A stretch of DNA of 63,150 bases from a virus (Duplodnaviria > Caudoviricetes). The position numbers were made by a program, and so were the translations under genes. The stretch spans positions 1-63,150 of the IMG/VR virus record IMGVR_UViG_3300027872_000005, one strand, 5' to 3'. This document shows, piece by piece, positions 8,658 through 19,111 of the stretch. The notes beneath the pieces are model-generated. The model made no database searches and was not told where the DNA came from. It worked only from the letters and a program-made list of their open reading frames with translations. How positions within the stretch are numbered: position 1 is the stretch's first letter; every line of letters begins with the position of its first letter.

Positions 8658-9949
8658 TGATGGCTAGAAAACGCAGAATCAAGGGTACTGCCCGCGCCGA
8701 ACCGCACACGCCTGAAACCCGTGCCGCCGAGGATGAAGCCAGCGAGGCGACCCCGCCGCTCGAAGAGGCAGGAACCTACGAATACCAAACCGATGAAATC
8801 AGTGAGGACATCACCGATGTAGCCGGGGACGATGAAGACGACGCGCCGAGCCCGGAGCTTGAAAGCATCGAGGAAGAGGAACCGGAAGAAGAGCCGGCCG
8901 AGACAAAAAAGAGCCGAACCAAGCGTGATGAACTCTACGACGACATCGAGCGCCGCCGCGAGGAACGCGAAGCCAAGCAGCGTGAGCAACTGGCAGCAGT
9001 CGAAGATGAAGACGACGACGCGCCGGCACCGGCCGACACGCCCGCTGAACCGGCAGAGGATGACGATCCTGACGTGACGATGAAGGTCGATCGTCAGAAC
9101 ATCACCAAAAAGCGCTCTGAGTGGGATGACGATGCCAGACGTTCCCATGCCGAAGGGAATCGTTTAGAAGAATTGAATCGCCTGTTGCCCGAAGTGCGAG
9201 CCTTACTGTCCGCGCCGACAACAGCGACACCGGAGCCAGCTCCGGAAGAGCCCGCCGCACCTTCCAGTGCGGATGAGGGCAGCGAGCCGACACCGCCGAT
9301 GACGCGGGATACGGCAAGGGGGATCGTCGATCGTATCCAAACGGGCGATCTCGACGAGGGAGCGGATGCTCTCTTAGAAGCGATTGACAGCGTGGCGAAA
9401 CCTTCCGTTGACGCCAACGCCATCAGTCAGCTTATCGACCAAAATCAACGCAAATTTGATGTTGAACGATCAATTCAGCAGGAAATGGCGCGGTTTTCCG
9501 AGACATTTCCAAACGTTGCCGAAGATCCGGTTTTGATTGGGGCAACGTTTAATCAGATGCACGTTGAGCAATTGAGCGACATTGAAAAGATGGTTTTTCC
9601 CGATGGCAGTGTCCTGAAGGAAACCGACATGAGCAGATTGCGCGAAGAGCCTCGGTTAATCCCCGATTGGCATCGGCAATATCGCGATCATGGCTTCGAT
9701 GTCAGACCGATCAGCGAAGTGGTCGATTCCGCCGGCAAGTTTGTTCAGGAGAAATATATCCTGCCCAAGCCGGCACAAGAACAGCGCGGTTCGACGCAGC
9801 TTGAACAGAGACGTGAAGCCAAGCGCACGAACCTACAACGGCAACCGCGGAGAGCGACAGCTACGCCAAGTCAAACCGTGCCGCAGTCACAATCGACATC
9901 ATCGGTTATCGGTGAAATGCGGGCGCGGCGAGTAGGCAGACATCGTTGA
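8654..9949 (+). CDS. Probable capsid scaffolding protein
   Basis: Very acidic, disordered N-half; basic C-terminal helix; directly upstream of MCP. Confidence 0.7.
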   Translation: MMMARKRRIKGTARAEPHTPETRAAEDEASEATPPLEEAGTYEYQTDEISEDITDVAGDDEDDAPSPELESIEEEEPEEEPAETKKSRTKRDELYDDIERRREEREAKQREQLAAVEDEDDDAPAPADTPAEPAEDDDPDVTMKVDRQNITKKRSEWDDDARRSHAEGNRLEELNRLLPEVRALLSAPTTATPEPAPEEPAAPSSADEGSEPTPPMTRDTARGIVDRIQTGDLDEGADALLEAIDSVAKPSVDANAISQLIDQNQRKFDVERSIQQEMARFSETFPNVAEDPVLIGATFNQMHVEQLSDIEKMVFPDGSVLKETDMSRLREEPRLIPDWHRQYRDHGFDVRPISEVVDSAGKFVQEKYILPKPAQEQRGSTQLEQRREAKRTNLQRQPRRATATPSQTVPQSQSTSSVIGEMRARRVGRHR

Positions 9950-9973
9950 GCCGCTAGAACGGAGATAATCGAT

Positions 9974-10966
9974 ATGGCTGGTGTCCTGTGGGAAGGAAGC
10001 CTTGATGCAGGTTTCACATTCTCGAAGAAACTGTCGAAGACGCTGCGCACCGATCTGCAGCCTTTGACGAAATTCCGGCAGCTTTGCGACATCGAAGATG
10101 GCTCAGAGCTAGGCATTAATGCCGGCGACAAGCTCTATTTCGACGTCTACAGCGATGTCGCGACCCAAGGTGGTCGGCTCGTCGAAAACGTTGCAATGAC
10201 CGAAAGTTCATTCTCGGTCTCGCAGAAATCCCTAACCGTGTTCGAGGCCGGTCATTCCGTCCCCTATACCGGCAAACTGGAATTTCTGAGCTTGCACAAG
10301 GTCGCTGACATCATCGACAAAACCCTCAAGAACGATGCCAAAAAGTTCTTCGATTCTGAATCGTATGAGGCGATGAAGTTGACCCAACTTCGCGCTGCCC
10401 CGACTTCCGGCAGCTCGGCGACGTCCGTAACGCTGGAAACCAACGGAGCGATGTCGATCACCAACAACCTCGCCATGAACCTTGAACACGTCAAGGGCAT
10501 TGTCGATACGATGGGTGAACGCAATATCCCGCCAATGGTCGATGACGATTATGTTGCAATCACCCACCCGACGACCGTCCGCCAGTTCCGCAACGATCTG
10601 GAACAAATCTATCAATATACGTCGATGGGCGCGGCACGGCTGTTTGAGGGCGAGATCGGGCGTTATGAAAACGTCAGATTCATCAAGCAGACCAACATCC
10701 CCAAGGGCGGTGCCAACGACTCGACTACCTTCGACAGCCTGAATCGTATCGCGGACGCATGGAACAACGGCCTTTCTTCATGGGTCTTTTTCATGGGTGC
10801 CGATACGGTCGCCGAAGGGATTGTCTGCCCCGAAGAAATCCGAGCGAAAATCCCGACCGACTTCGGCCGGTCCAAGGGTATCGCCTGGTACTATCTCGGC
10901 GGCTTCGCACTCGTCCACGACGACGCGCCCAATTCGCGCATCGTCATGTGGGATTCCGCGGCCTAA
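9974..10966 (+). CDS. Major capsid protein (HK97 fold, N4-gp56-like)
   Basis: 330 aa; GEIGRYENVRF and PTDFGRSKGIAWYY motifs; GGAG RBS. Confidence 0.9.
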   Translation: MAGVLWEGSLDAGFTFSKKLSKTLRTDLQPLTKFRQLCDIEDGSELGINAGDKLYFDVYSDVATQGGRLVENVAMTESSFSVSQKSLTVFEAGHSVPYTGKLEFLSLHKVADIIDKTLKNDAKKFFDSESYEAMKLTQLRAAPTSGSSATSVTLETNGAMSITNNLAMNLEHVKGIVDTMGERNIPPMVDDDYVAITHPTTVRQFRNDLEQIYQYTSMGAARLFEGEIGRYENVRFIKQTNIPKGGANDSTTFDSLNRIADAWNNGLSSWVFFMGADTVAEGIVCPEEIRAKIPTDFGRSKGIAWYYLGGFALVHDDAPNSRIVMWDSAA

Positions 10967-10981
10967 TCGCCGGCTAACCAA

Positions 10982-11002
10982 GGGCCGCGCCAGGCGCGGC
11001 CC
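10982..11002 (+). promoter_or_regulatory. GC-rich hairpin after MCP (mRNA stabiliser or partial terminator)
   Basis: Perfect inverted repeat GGGCCGCGCC-A-GGCGCGGCCC, no U-tract. Confidence 0.5.
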
Positions 11003-11026
11003 GCAGCCATACGGAGAAGTGAAAAT

Positions 11027-11428
11027 ATGGCTTATGCAGAACCAGTCCGCGAGACCATCTATCTTGGTCTGATGGATCTTGCTGCCGGTGTTGTCACGAC
11101 ATCCTTCAAAGGCCCGAACGGCTTGAAAGGCCGGCTCAAGGATATCATCGTCGTTTGCACCGAGGTCTTCAATGAGGTCACGAGCGAGGCGTTTATCCAG
11201 CTTGGAACGTCCGGCGATGCCGATGCCTATGCCGTTGCTGGTCTCGGCTCGACGGCCGATACCGACACCTATCGGATGTCGGCCGATGATGATGCCGGCG
11301 ATGCTACCACCGGCTTCCTCGATGCCGATCTTCCGGCCGATACGCAGGTCGAAGTGGTCACGATCCAGAATGTCGGCGGCACAGCGACCGGTATTGGCCA
11401 TGTGTCCGTTGTCGTCGATTGGTACTGA
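11027..11428 (+). CDS. Capsid decoration/cement-like protein
   Basis: Beta-rich 133 aa directly after MCP. Confidence 0.55.
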   Translation: MAYAEPVRETIYLGLMDLAAGVVTTSFKGPNGLKGRLKDIIVVCTEVFNEVTSEAFIQLGTSGDADAYAVAGLGSTADTDTYRMSADDDAGDATTGFLDADLPADTQVEVVTIQNVGGTATGIGHVSVVVDWY

Positions 11429-11433
11429 TCTCG

Positions 11434-11688
11434 ATGGCCCACTACGGCAATCCGGGCAATCACGGCAAAAAGCCGCGATACGGCAGAGATCCTTTCCCTG
11501 CCGATGATGCCCAAAGCTATGTCGGCGGCGATGCCGCCCACGCGGGCTATGAAACTCTGAAACGCGCCCCACGATCGGCTGGCCATGTTCTTCGCGAATC
11601 GCAAGGATGGATCGATCCGGAGCGCTCTTTGGAAAAAGAGAAATCCGATCGCATGTACGCCGATTGGATGGATCGAAACGACTATTGA
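11434..11688 (+). CDS. Hypothetical protein
   Basis: ORF in head operon. Confidence 0.6.
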   Translation: MAHYGNPGNHGKKPRYGRDPFPADDAQSYVGGDAAHAGYETLKRAPRSAGHVLRESQGWIDPERSLEKEKSDRMYADWMDRNDY

Positions 11689-11705
11689 GAGAAAAGGAGA
11701 ATCCG

Positions 11706-11918
11706 ATGAAAAAATCCAACTCGGTTCACACCACTTCGATGGGTGGTGGCGTCAAATGGCGCCAGGATAACGCACCGCAAGGCGGCGATACTCAGAAGCT
11801 CGATATGACGAAAGCCCGTTTGGGTGAAACCAACATGGGCGGCCCGACGAGCATCGAGCATTCGATTTCCGGCGGCAAGGTCCGGCGCCGTGACAGCGAG
11901 GCTACGGGCGAAGTCTAA
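11706..11918 (+). CDS. Hypothetical protein
   Basis: AAGGAG RBS; followed by terminator. Confidence 0.7.
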   Translation: MKKSNSVHTTSMGGGVKWRQDNAPQGGDTQKLDMTKARLGETNMGGPTSIEHSISGGKVRRRDSEATGEV

Positions 11919-11947
11919 GCCCTAAAGAGCCTGTTCGATTGATGCAC

Positions 11948-11980
11948 AAGGGGCGGCCAAGCCGGCCGTCCCTTTTTTCT
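11948..11980 (+). terminator. Intrinsic terminator
   Basis: AAGGGGCGGCC/GGCCGTCCCTT stem plus T-run. Confidence 0.75.
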
Positions 11981-11996
11981 TAAATGGAGAACGACG

Positions 11997-12701
11997 ATGA
12001 TTGATGAAAGCGCTCCTGCGCCTGATGCACAGTCCGCCCCGCCGCCGCTGCCAAAGACGGCCAAAAAGCAACCGGCCAAAAAGCCGAAGAATGACGAACT
12101 CGCCGCCTTGAAGGCGCAGCTCCGCGAGGCCAAGAACCAGATTTCGGCGATGGCCGATGAACGCGATGAGGCCGTTGCCGAAAACGAAGTGGCTGGCGAG
12201 CGTATCGATAAACTCGAAAGGTCTGCAACGTCGAGCGTGGGAAACACGATGCATGGCTTGCCGTTAAAGGGCAAGAAGAAGGGCAAGAAAAAGGGCGATG
12301 AAATCGATGAGGTCAATGCCAAGGCGCGGCGTCTCGATCGTTCAAAGCCGTTTGGTGAAATCTCGCCGCCTTGGAACAACGCGCATTTCAGCCAAAATCA
12401 GCGCAATGGATCGTTCTATTTCGACGCTTCCGGCATGGAGATCACCACACTGCGCCAGGCCGGACAGGAGATTATCGATCCGGGCCTGGCCGAAGCACAG
12501 GCGCGGATGCGAGCCGAAGCAATCAATCTGGCGGCATGGGCGGAAGGCGTTGAGGACTATGCCGATGTAGATGTGTTCCGGGCTCTTCGTGATCGGTTTT
12601 TCATATCGGTGTCGTCAATCCATGATGCCGTCGATGTGCTGATCGAAAAGCAGGTCGTCAAGGCCGACAAACAGAAACGCTCACGGGTTCAGGCTGAATG
12701 A
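11997..12701 (+). CDS. Hypothetical protein with coiled coil
   Basis: GGAG RBS; LDRSKPFGEI motif. Confidence 0.75.
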   Translation: MIDESAPAPDAQSAPPPLPKTAKKQPAKKPKNDELAALKAQLREAKNQISAMADERDEAVAENEVAGERIDKLERSATSSVGNTMHGLPLKGKKKGKKKGDEIDEVNAKARRLDRSKPFGEISPPWNNAHFSQNQRNGSFYFDASGMEITTLRQAGQEIIDPGLAEAQARMRAEAINLAAWAEGVEDYADVDVFRALRDRFFISVSSIHDAVDVLIEKQVVKADKQKRSRVQAE

Positions 12702-13351
12702 CGGCTTTAACCTTCACCATTCTGACCGGCGCAAAGACCGTTGAAGGCTCGATCCGCTCACGGGTGAACCACTCTGACGTCCCGGCCACGGATGTCCTGG
12801 CCGATGGGGAGGCGTGGATAAACGAACGTCTCCGCATCGAGGAACAGGTTCAGCGTGTTCAAATGTCGTTGGCCAAGGATATCGACAAGCTGACGGTGCC
12901 GGCCGGCTTTCTTGACCCGATTGCCTTGAATCTGGTGGAGGGAACGGACAATCACGGCCGCATCGATCGACGCGCCAAATATGATGTGATCGAACGCCGC
13001 AATGAGGACAATACCGGCCTTGCCACGAATATTGCCGGCCCAAGGGAATATGCCGTTGTCGGAACGGAGTTACTGTTCGATGCCAAGGCCGACAAAGCCT
13101 ATACGGTCAATGCCGTCTTCTACGCCGCGCCAACGGCGCTTTCGGTCTCCAACGAGACCAATATCTACACCGATACCTTCCGCATCGTCCTGCGCCATGC
13201 CTACCTGATCTACGGCTTTGAATTTCGCAAAGATTTCGAGCAAATGACCAATCAGATCGCTTTCGCAACCGATGAAGTGGCAAAACTGCACGTCGCTGAT
13301 GACCTCAACAGTCGCGGTGGAACCTACGATACCGAGGTAGATTATGGCTGA
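12698..13351 (+). CDS. Head-tail adaptor protein
   Basis: EAWINERLRI, GPREYAV, FYAAPTALS...TN pattern typical of podovirus adaptors; position. Confidence 0.7.
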   Translation: MTALTFTILTGAKTVEGSIRSRVNHSDVPATDVLADGEAWINERLRIEEQVQRVQMSLAKDIDKLTVPAGFLDPIALNLVEGTDNHGRIDRRAKYDVIERRNEDNTGLATNIAGPREYAVVGTELLFDAKADKAYTVNAVFYAAPTALSVSNETNIYTDTFRIVLRHAYLIYGFEFRKDFEQMTNQIAFATDEVAKLHVADDLNSRGGTYDTEVDYG

Positions 13352-15179
13352 CACCTTCACAGCAAACCTGAATTTGCGGCTGATCGAGACCGGCGCCTAT
13401 GACAACACCTGGGGGACGAAAACCGCCACCGATGTTCTGACCATCATCGACAACAAGCTCGGCAATACCTTCACGGTTGCCGATGTCGGTGGCACCAAGG
13501 CCATCACCCAGGCCGAACAGACCAACTTGATCATCAAGGCGACGGCCGCGACACTGACGAGCAACCTGATCCTGCAGGTCTCCGGCAAGGGTCAATGGGT
13601 GTTCTGGAACGCCACCAGCGCCGGCGCCTTCACCGTTACGGCAGAGATTTCCGGTGGCGGTTCCGTCACCATCCCGCGCGGCGGCTTTGTCCTGGCCGTT
13701 GGCGATGGCACGGATCTGAAACAGGCTGCCGATCTGTTTGCCGATGAAACGCCGCAACTCTCCGGGTTTCTTGATCCCAATTCCAATTACATCGGTGTTG
13801 ACCAGGGCACTGACCTGGCTTCGGCGGCACCGCTCGTTATCGGTACGGATGGCGACTATTTTGATGTGACCGGGACAACGAATTTTGCCGCCATGACGGT
13901 TGCGGCGGACAGGCTCTTCGCGCTCCAATTCGACGCGATCCTGACCATGACGCATCACGCGACTAACCTCGATTTACCGGGTGAGGCCAATATCATCACC
14001 GCTGCCGGTGACGTCGCAATGTTCTTCGCGACCGGCGCCAACACCGTTCAGTGCATCCAATACACCAGAGCGGACGGCACGGCGATCGTCAATGATCTGG
14101 TAAAAGATGCATCGCCGCAACTCGGCGGCTTCCTTGATCCGAACGGTAATTACATCGGCATGGACAAGGGCGGTGATATTGCCTCTGCATCGCCCTTGGT
14201 TGTCGATACGGATGGCGACTATTTCGACGTCACGGGAACGACAGGGTTCGCCGCCATGACGGTGGCGGCAAACCGCTTTTTCGTGTTGCAATTCGATGCT
14301 ATTTTAACGCTCACCCATCATGCCACGAATTTGAACCTGCCAGGCGGCGCCAACATCATCACGGCAGTCGGCGATCGAGCGCTGTTCTTCTCTACAGGCA
14401 CAGATACCGTCCATTGCCTTGCCTACACCAAAGCCAGCGGTCTACCGGTGATTGTCAGAGGTATTACAGACGTTCAGAATTTTACTACGCCTGGAGCTGA
14501 TACATGGACAAAACCGACTGCACCGGCTCCGAGCGCTAATGCCAAGGCGTTGATTGAAATTTGGGGCGGTGGCGGTTCCGGGAAGTCTAACAATTCGGAG
14601 GTTGCCACTGGCGGCGGCGGCGGCGGCGGTTATTTTACAACGATAGTCCCGGTTGCGAGTTTAGGGGCGACCGAATCCATGACTGTTGGTGCCGGTGGGG
14701 CGGGGGCGTTGGCATCTAACGGTAATGTTGGAACCAACTCAATTTTCGGGACCGGTAATGTGCGTTTGGGTGCTCAATTTGGAGACCGAGGCGCAGCGAC
14801 AGGTGGCGATGGAGGCGATGGAATTACACCTGATTTTCCTGCCGCCCTGGCAGGGGTAGATCCTGGAGGTGGTGGCGCGGGTGGTTCTGGTGCCGTTGGT
14901 GTTGACTCGGTTAATGGCGGCGGTGGTGGTGGTGATGGCGGAGCGGGATCGGGATTCGCTGGCGGTAGCTCTTATGGCGGTGGCGGCGGTGGAGGCGGTC
15001 ATCCGACGAGTGGCACGGCGTCTGGCGGAACAAGCGTTCTAGGCGGAAATGGCGGCGACGGACACGCAACCACACCAACGGCAGGCGCTGATCCGGGCGG
15101 CGGCGGTGGGGGATGTAATGCCGCAACAACCTCTGGCGCGGGAGGTGATGGTCAGATACGAGTAACCATCTTTGAATAG
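13344..15179 (+). CDS. Tail fibre with 121-aa tandem duplication and Gly-rich C-terminal domain
   Basis: N-terminal NTWG anchor-like motif; repeats start at 13743 and 14106; WGGGGSG...GAGGDGQIRV. Confidence 0.75.
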   Translation: MADTFTANLNLRLIETGAYDNTWGTKTATDVLTIIDNKLGNTFTVADVGGTKAITQAEQTNLIIKATAATLTSNLILQVSGKGQWVFWNATSAGAFTVTAEISGGGSVTIPRGGFVLAVGDGTDLKQAADLFADETPQLSGFLDPNSNYIGVDQGTDLASAAPLVIGTDGDYFDVTGTTNFAAMTVAADRLFALQFDAILTMTHHATNLDLPGEANIITAAGDVAMFFATGANTVQCIQYTRADGTAIVNDLVKDASPQLGGFLDPNGNYIGMDKGGDIASASPLVVDTDGDYFDVTGTTGFAAMTVAANRFFVLQFDAILTLTHHATNLNLPGGANIITAVGDRALFFSTGTDTVHCLAYTKASGLPVIVRGITDVQNFTTPGADTWTKPTAPAPSANAKALIEIWGGGGSGKSNNSEVATGGGGGGGYFTTIVPVASLGATESMTVGAGGAGALASNGNVGTNSIFGTGNVRLGAQFGDRGAATGGDGGDGITPDFPAALAGVDPGGGGAGGSGAVGVDSVNGGGGGGDGGAGSGFAGGSSYGGGGGGGGHPTSGTASGGTSVLGGNGGDGHATTPTAGADPGGGGGGCNAATTSGAGGDGQIRVTIFE

Positions 15180-15187
15180 GGTGGAAA

Positions 15188-16969
15188 ATGACCGAACAAG
15201 CCGTTGATATTATTGTCCCTCCCGGTTTCAACCGGATCGATACCGGGTTTGCCGTATCGGGGCGGTTCATCAATGGCGATCAAATTCGCTTTGTCGGCGA
15301 TCGCGCCGAAAAGATCGGCGGTTGGCTCAAATATTTTCCGACCGTGCTTCTCGGTATCACCCGTGGCATGGATGCCTGGGTGTCCCTTGCCTCGATCGAA
15401 CTGGTCGCGATGGGCTCGCACTGCAAACTGCAATTGCTGAAATCGGGCGATACCAGCCAGGATATCACGCCAATCCGCGCCACCCAGGCCGGTCTCACTG
15501 ATCCCTTCACGACAACATCAGGATCACCGATCGTTGCGGTCAACGATGTCGCTCACGGTGGCAAACAAGGCGATTTTGTCACCTATTCGGGCGGCACCAA
15601 TCCATTCAATGGCCTGACAATCGATGGCGAATACCAAATCACGTCAGTCACGGACGTCGATAATTACGTCATCACCGATGATGAAAGTGCCACCAGTTCA
15701 GGAGCCGGCGGTGGTACGGTCACGGCGACATATCAGATTACCTGCGGGTTCGTTGATGCCGCGGTTTCCGTGGGTTATGGCGTTGGTGGCTATGGCCTTG
15801 AAGGCTACGGTGACGTCCGGACCATCGGTAATTCCACCCTGATCGATCCACGGATCTGGTCGATGGCCCATTACGGCGAGGATCTGTTAGCCGCGCCAAA
15901 CGGTGGCACGATCTACCTTTTCGATCTTTCTGTAGATACTCGCGCCCAAGTTCTCACCAACGCACCGGCTTTGGTCAATTTTGTCTTTGTCACGCCCGAA
16001 AGATTTATCTTCGCGCTCGGCGCCGATGAACCCATGACGGTCAAATGGCCGGATGTGGACGATAATACGGACTGGACGCCAACGGTAACAAATACGGCCA
16101 ATGAACGGCGGTTGCGCGGCGGTGCAAAACTGGTGTCTGGTGAAGCGCTCACGCAAGGTCTGAGTATCGTATGGTCGGACAGCGCGACATTCGTGTTCCA
16201 ATATACCGGTTCATCGCTGGTTTATTCGAGCCGCCAGGTCTCCAAGGATGTTGGTATTATCGCTCCCTGGGCCTTCGCGGTTGCCGATGGTGTCGCTTAT
16301 TGGATGTCTCAACACGGCTTTTTTATGTACGATGGATCGGTCCATCCGATCCCCTATTATGAGGATATCCGGGATTTTGTTTATGACCGACTGGACGAAT
16401 CCCAACAGATCAAGATCGCCTGTGAATACCGCGCCAGGCACAACGAAATTTGGTGGTATTATCCGTCTGGCGGCACGGAAAACGATAGCTACGTCATGGT
16501 GTCGCTGGAAACCATGACATGGGTAACGGGAACCGCCGATGTCACGGCCACGGCGCGGCGGCCGAGCGGTGCGCAGCGGACGTTGACCACCGATGCCAGC
16601 CAGTTCATTCACGAGCATGAAGCCAAAGGCGTTGTCGATGCCGATGGTGGCAACCTGCCCTATTCACTGGAAACCGGCCTGGTGCAACTCGCCAACGGTA
16701 CACGGGTGTCTGACATTTGGGGTTTTCTGCCGGATTTCAAGAAACTCACCGGCTCTTGCAATTTGCTGATCGAAACGTTTAACCGACCACAATCTGCAGG
16801 GCTCGAAGACAGCGCGACCAAGGCCGTCCTGTTGACCGACGAAATCGTTGATTTCAAAGTCTCCGGGCGGCTGTTCAAATTTATCCTGACCGGCACGGAC
16901 ATTGGCAACGATATGAGGATCGGACAACCGCAAATTCTTCTCGACGATGCCGGCGCGAGGCGAGCATGA
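15188..16969 (+). CDS. Tail nozzle / DNA-stabilisation protein (P22 gp10 / T7 gp12 analogue)
   Basis: Beta-propeller-like 593 aa; KIGGW, YWMSQHGFFMYDGSV, NEIWWYYPS. Confidence 0.7.
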   Translation: MTEQAVDIIVPPGFNRIDTGFAVSGRFINGDQIRFVGDRAEKIGGWLKYFPTVLLGITRGMDAWVSLASIELVAMGSHCKLQLLKSGDTSQDITPIRATQAGLTDPFTTTSGSPIVAVNDVAHGGKQGDFVTYSGGTNPFNGLTIDGEYQITSVTDVDNYVITDDESATSSGAGGGTVTATYQITCGFVDAAVSVGYGVGGYGLEGYGDVRTIGNSTLIDPRIWSMAHYGEDLLAAPNGGTIYLFDLSVDTRAQVLTNAPALVNFVFVTPERFIFALGADEPMTVKWPDVDDNTDWTPTVTNTANERRLRGGAKLVSGEALTQGLSIVWSDSATFVFQYTGSSLVYSSRQVSKDVGIIAPWAFAVADGVAYWMSQHGFFMYDGSVHPIPYYEDIRDFVYDRLDESQQIKIACEYRARHNEIWWYYPSGGTENDSYVMVSLETMTWVTGTADVTATARRPSGAQRTLTTDASQFIHEHEAKGVVDADGGNLPYSLETGLVQLANGTRVSDIWGFLPDFKKLTGSCNLLIETFNRPQSAGLEDSATKAVLLTDEIVDFKVSGRLFKFILTGTDIGNDMRIGQPQILLDDAGARRA

Positions 16970-17262
16970 GAAAACTGGCCCTTGGCAAACCGCCATCATC
17001 GCCACCCCCCCTCAATCTCTCTAGTTCATCGAGACTCGAAGCGCTTGAAAAAAAAGTCGAATGGCTCATAAATTCCATCAATGAAATTCAGATAGCCAGC
17101 TACGAAGAAATTGTTGGAGAACTTGCCGATGCCTACACCGTGACCAACATTCCAGACCCACCGGACAGGGCATTGAGCGGGACGGAAACCACCGCAGCCG
17201 ATATTGCGGCGGTCCTGGCGACGCTTATTTCGGATTTGAAAGCGCGGGCATTCAGACCATGA
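16966..17262 (+). CDS. Hypothetical virion protein
   Basis: Coupled ORF in tail module. Confidence 0.65.
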   Translation: MRKLALGKPPSSPPPLNLSSSSRLEALEKKVEWLINSINEIQIASYEEIVGELADAYTVTNIPDPPDRALSGTETTAADIAAVLATLISDLKARAFRP

Positions 17263-17747
17263 GCGCTTTAGATAACATCGACGTCAGAGTGGCAACGGAA
17301 GACGATTACGAAGGGCTGTTCGAGCTGCTCGCTGGAATGCACAAGGAAATGGCGATCGCGCCGCTCAATGTCGATAAGGCAGCCGCATCGATTTCCGAAG
17401 GCGTGATAAACGGCGAAGTGCTTGTCGCGTTGGACAAAAAAGGAAAAATTGTCGGGACCATCGGTGTGATCGAGGAAAAATGGTGGTATAGCGATAGCTC
17501 ATATTTGATGGATAGATTCTTCTACACTGCACGATCTGAACGTGGCGATGAGATTGGCAAGGCGCTTTTGGAAGCGGTCACGGTGTTTTCAGATAGTCGC
17601 AATTTGCCTCTCATTCTCAGCGTTATGAATCCGAAGCGAGCGCGTCCAAACAAGCGCTGGCAGCGTATTTTTGACCGGGCAATGTTTATTCCGGCCGGAT
17701 ACGGCCTGATAGCTCCGAAAGGATCAGATGATGGGCCTGTGCGGTAG
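17259..17747 (+). CDS. GNAT-family acetyltransferase-like protein
   Basis: VRVATEDD, KIVG, FYTARSERGDEIGKALL (acetyl-CoA-binding motif A). Confidence 0.75.
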   Translation: MSALDNIDVRVATEDDYEGLFELLAGMHKEMAIAPLNVDKAAASISEGVINGEVLVALDKKGKIVGTIGVIEEKWWYSDSSYLMDRFFYTARSERGDEIGKALLEAVTVFSDSRNLPLILSVMNPKRARPNKRWQRIFDRAMFIPAGYGLIAPKGSDDGPVR

Positions 17748-18657
17748 CGACCAAACCACCCAAACCACTACGAGCGTAGTCGATCCTCAATTGCAGAAGA
17801 TGGCGAAAGACGCCTACGGCAAGGTCAACACCTTGTCGGAAGTACCGTTTGAGCCATACGGCGGCGATCGTGTCGCTGGCTTCACACCCGATCAGCAGTC
17901 GTCTTTCGATGCGATCCGAAATATGTCGGGCAGCTTCGATCCATCCGTTGCCGGTACGGCGCAGGGTTATGTGACCGACTATGCCACGGCACCCGGCCAG
18001 AACATCAATACCAGCCGGATCGTCGATGAAACCGGTCGCCTGGGCGCGATGGGAGATTACATCAATCCATTTATTCAAGGTGCTCTCAATCCGGCTATCC
18101 GCGACATGCGGGAATCCGGATCTATACATCGCAATGAGATTGGCTCCCAAGCGCAAATGGCTGGGGCGTTTGGCGATGCGCGACACGGTATTATGGAATC
18201 CGAACAAATGGAGGGCGAGACCGAAGCGATTGGTGATCTGTCAGGGCGCATGTACGCCGACGCTTGGGCACAGGCTATGGGGCTCAGGGGAGCCGATGAG
18301 GCGCGTTTCTTGACCACCGATAGCTTCAACGCCGAATCCAAAGAACGGGAGCTAGAGAGGATGTTTAGCGGCGCCAAAGGCCTATTGGGCTCACAGGCCG
18401 GTGGCATCCAGAACTGGTTGTCGGCAATCAATCCGCAGCTTGCCGCCGGAACGCAGCAGCAGCAATTGAGCCAGCAAGGGCTTAATGTCGGCTTTGAGGA
18501 TTATCTGATGGGCTATGACCATCCCTATAAAAACATGGAAGTGTTGCTCGCAGCCCTGAGCGGCCAGCCATACGATTCGACGGAAACAAAAACGACCGAA
18601 CAGCCCGACAATTCCTTGGCAACGCTCATCGGTGCTGGGCTTGGCGCCTTTCTGTAG
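17728..18657 (+). CDS. Internal virion / DNA ejection protein
   Basis: PYGGDRVAGFTPDQ, YINPFI, AGAFGDAR; hydrophobic Gly-rich C-terminus. Confidence 0.65.
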   Translation: MMGLCGSDQTTQTTTSVVDPQLQKMAKDAYGKVNTLSEVPFEPYGGDRVAGFTPDQQSSFDAIRNMSGSFDPSVAGTAQGYVTDYATAPGQNINTSRIVDETGRLGAMGDYINPFIQGALNPAIRDMRESGSIHRNEIGSQAQMAGAFGDARHGIMESEQMEGETEAIGDLSGRMYADAWAQAMGLRGADEARFLTTDSFNAESKERELERMFSGAKGLLGSQAGGIQNWLSAINPQLAAGTQQQQLSQQGLNVGFEDYLMGYDHPYKNMEVLLAALSGQPYDSTETKTTEQPDNSLATLIGAGLGAFL

Positions 18658-18666
18658 GAGATCATC

Positions 18667-19107
18667 ATGCTAGTCGAAGAACTGCTGAAATATTTTCTCA
18701 CTGGGGGCGCCGCTGATAAACTTGTCGATCAGAATTGGTGGCCAGAAGATCGACAAGCCCCGGAAAAACCAAAGCCGCAGGGTACGCGGCCTAGCGGTTT
18801 CGGCGGGAGCGGCGGTGTCAGCCCGGGTAGCGGTTTAGGTGGTACAAATAGGCTCGTCAATCCGTTCCCCCCCGTTAGCGATTGGAACATTATCAGCAGG
18901 GGCGGAGCGGGGGGAGCGGGGGCGGGGAGAGCGCCGGCACCAATGCCATCAACCCTTCCTCCCGTGCCGCCGTACCTCAATCCGTTCCTGCACAACCCCG
19001 GAAACACCATGTCGGAAGGGTGGGTTCCGCCCGCGCAGAATAAGCGGTCAGGCGGGTTAGGCGGGTCAGGCGGGTTCGGCTTCAACAATCTGCAAGTACC
19101 ACGGTGA
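18667..19107 (+). CDS. Gly/Pro-rich hypothetical (probable internal virion) protein
   Basis: AGGAG RBS; low complexity. Confidence 0.6.
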   Translation: MLVEELLKYFLTGGAADKLVDQNWWPEDRQAPEKPKPQGTRPSGFGGSGGVSPGSGLGGTNRLVNPFPPVSDWNIISRGGAGGAGAGRAPAPMPSTLPPVPPYLNPFLHNPGNTMSEGWVPPAQNKRSGGLGGSGGFGFNNLQVPR

Positions 19108-19111
19108 TAAT

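Noticed and set aside
18899-18927. G-quadruplex-forming G-runs
   Set aside because: Explained by Gly-Ala codons in a Gly-rich ORF; no independent support
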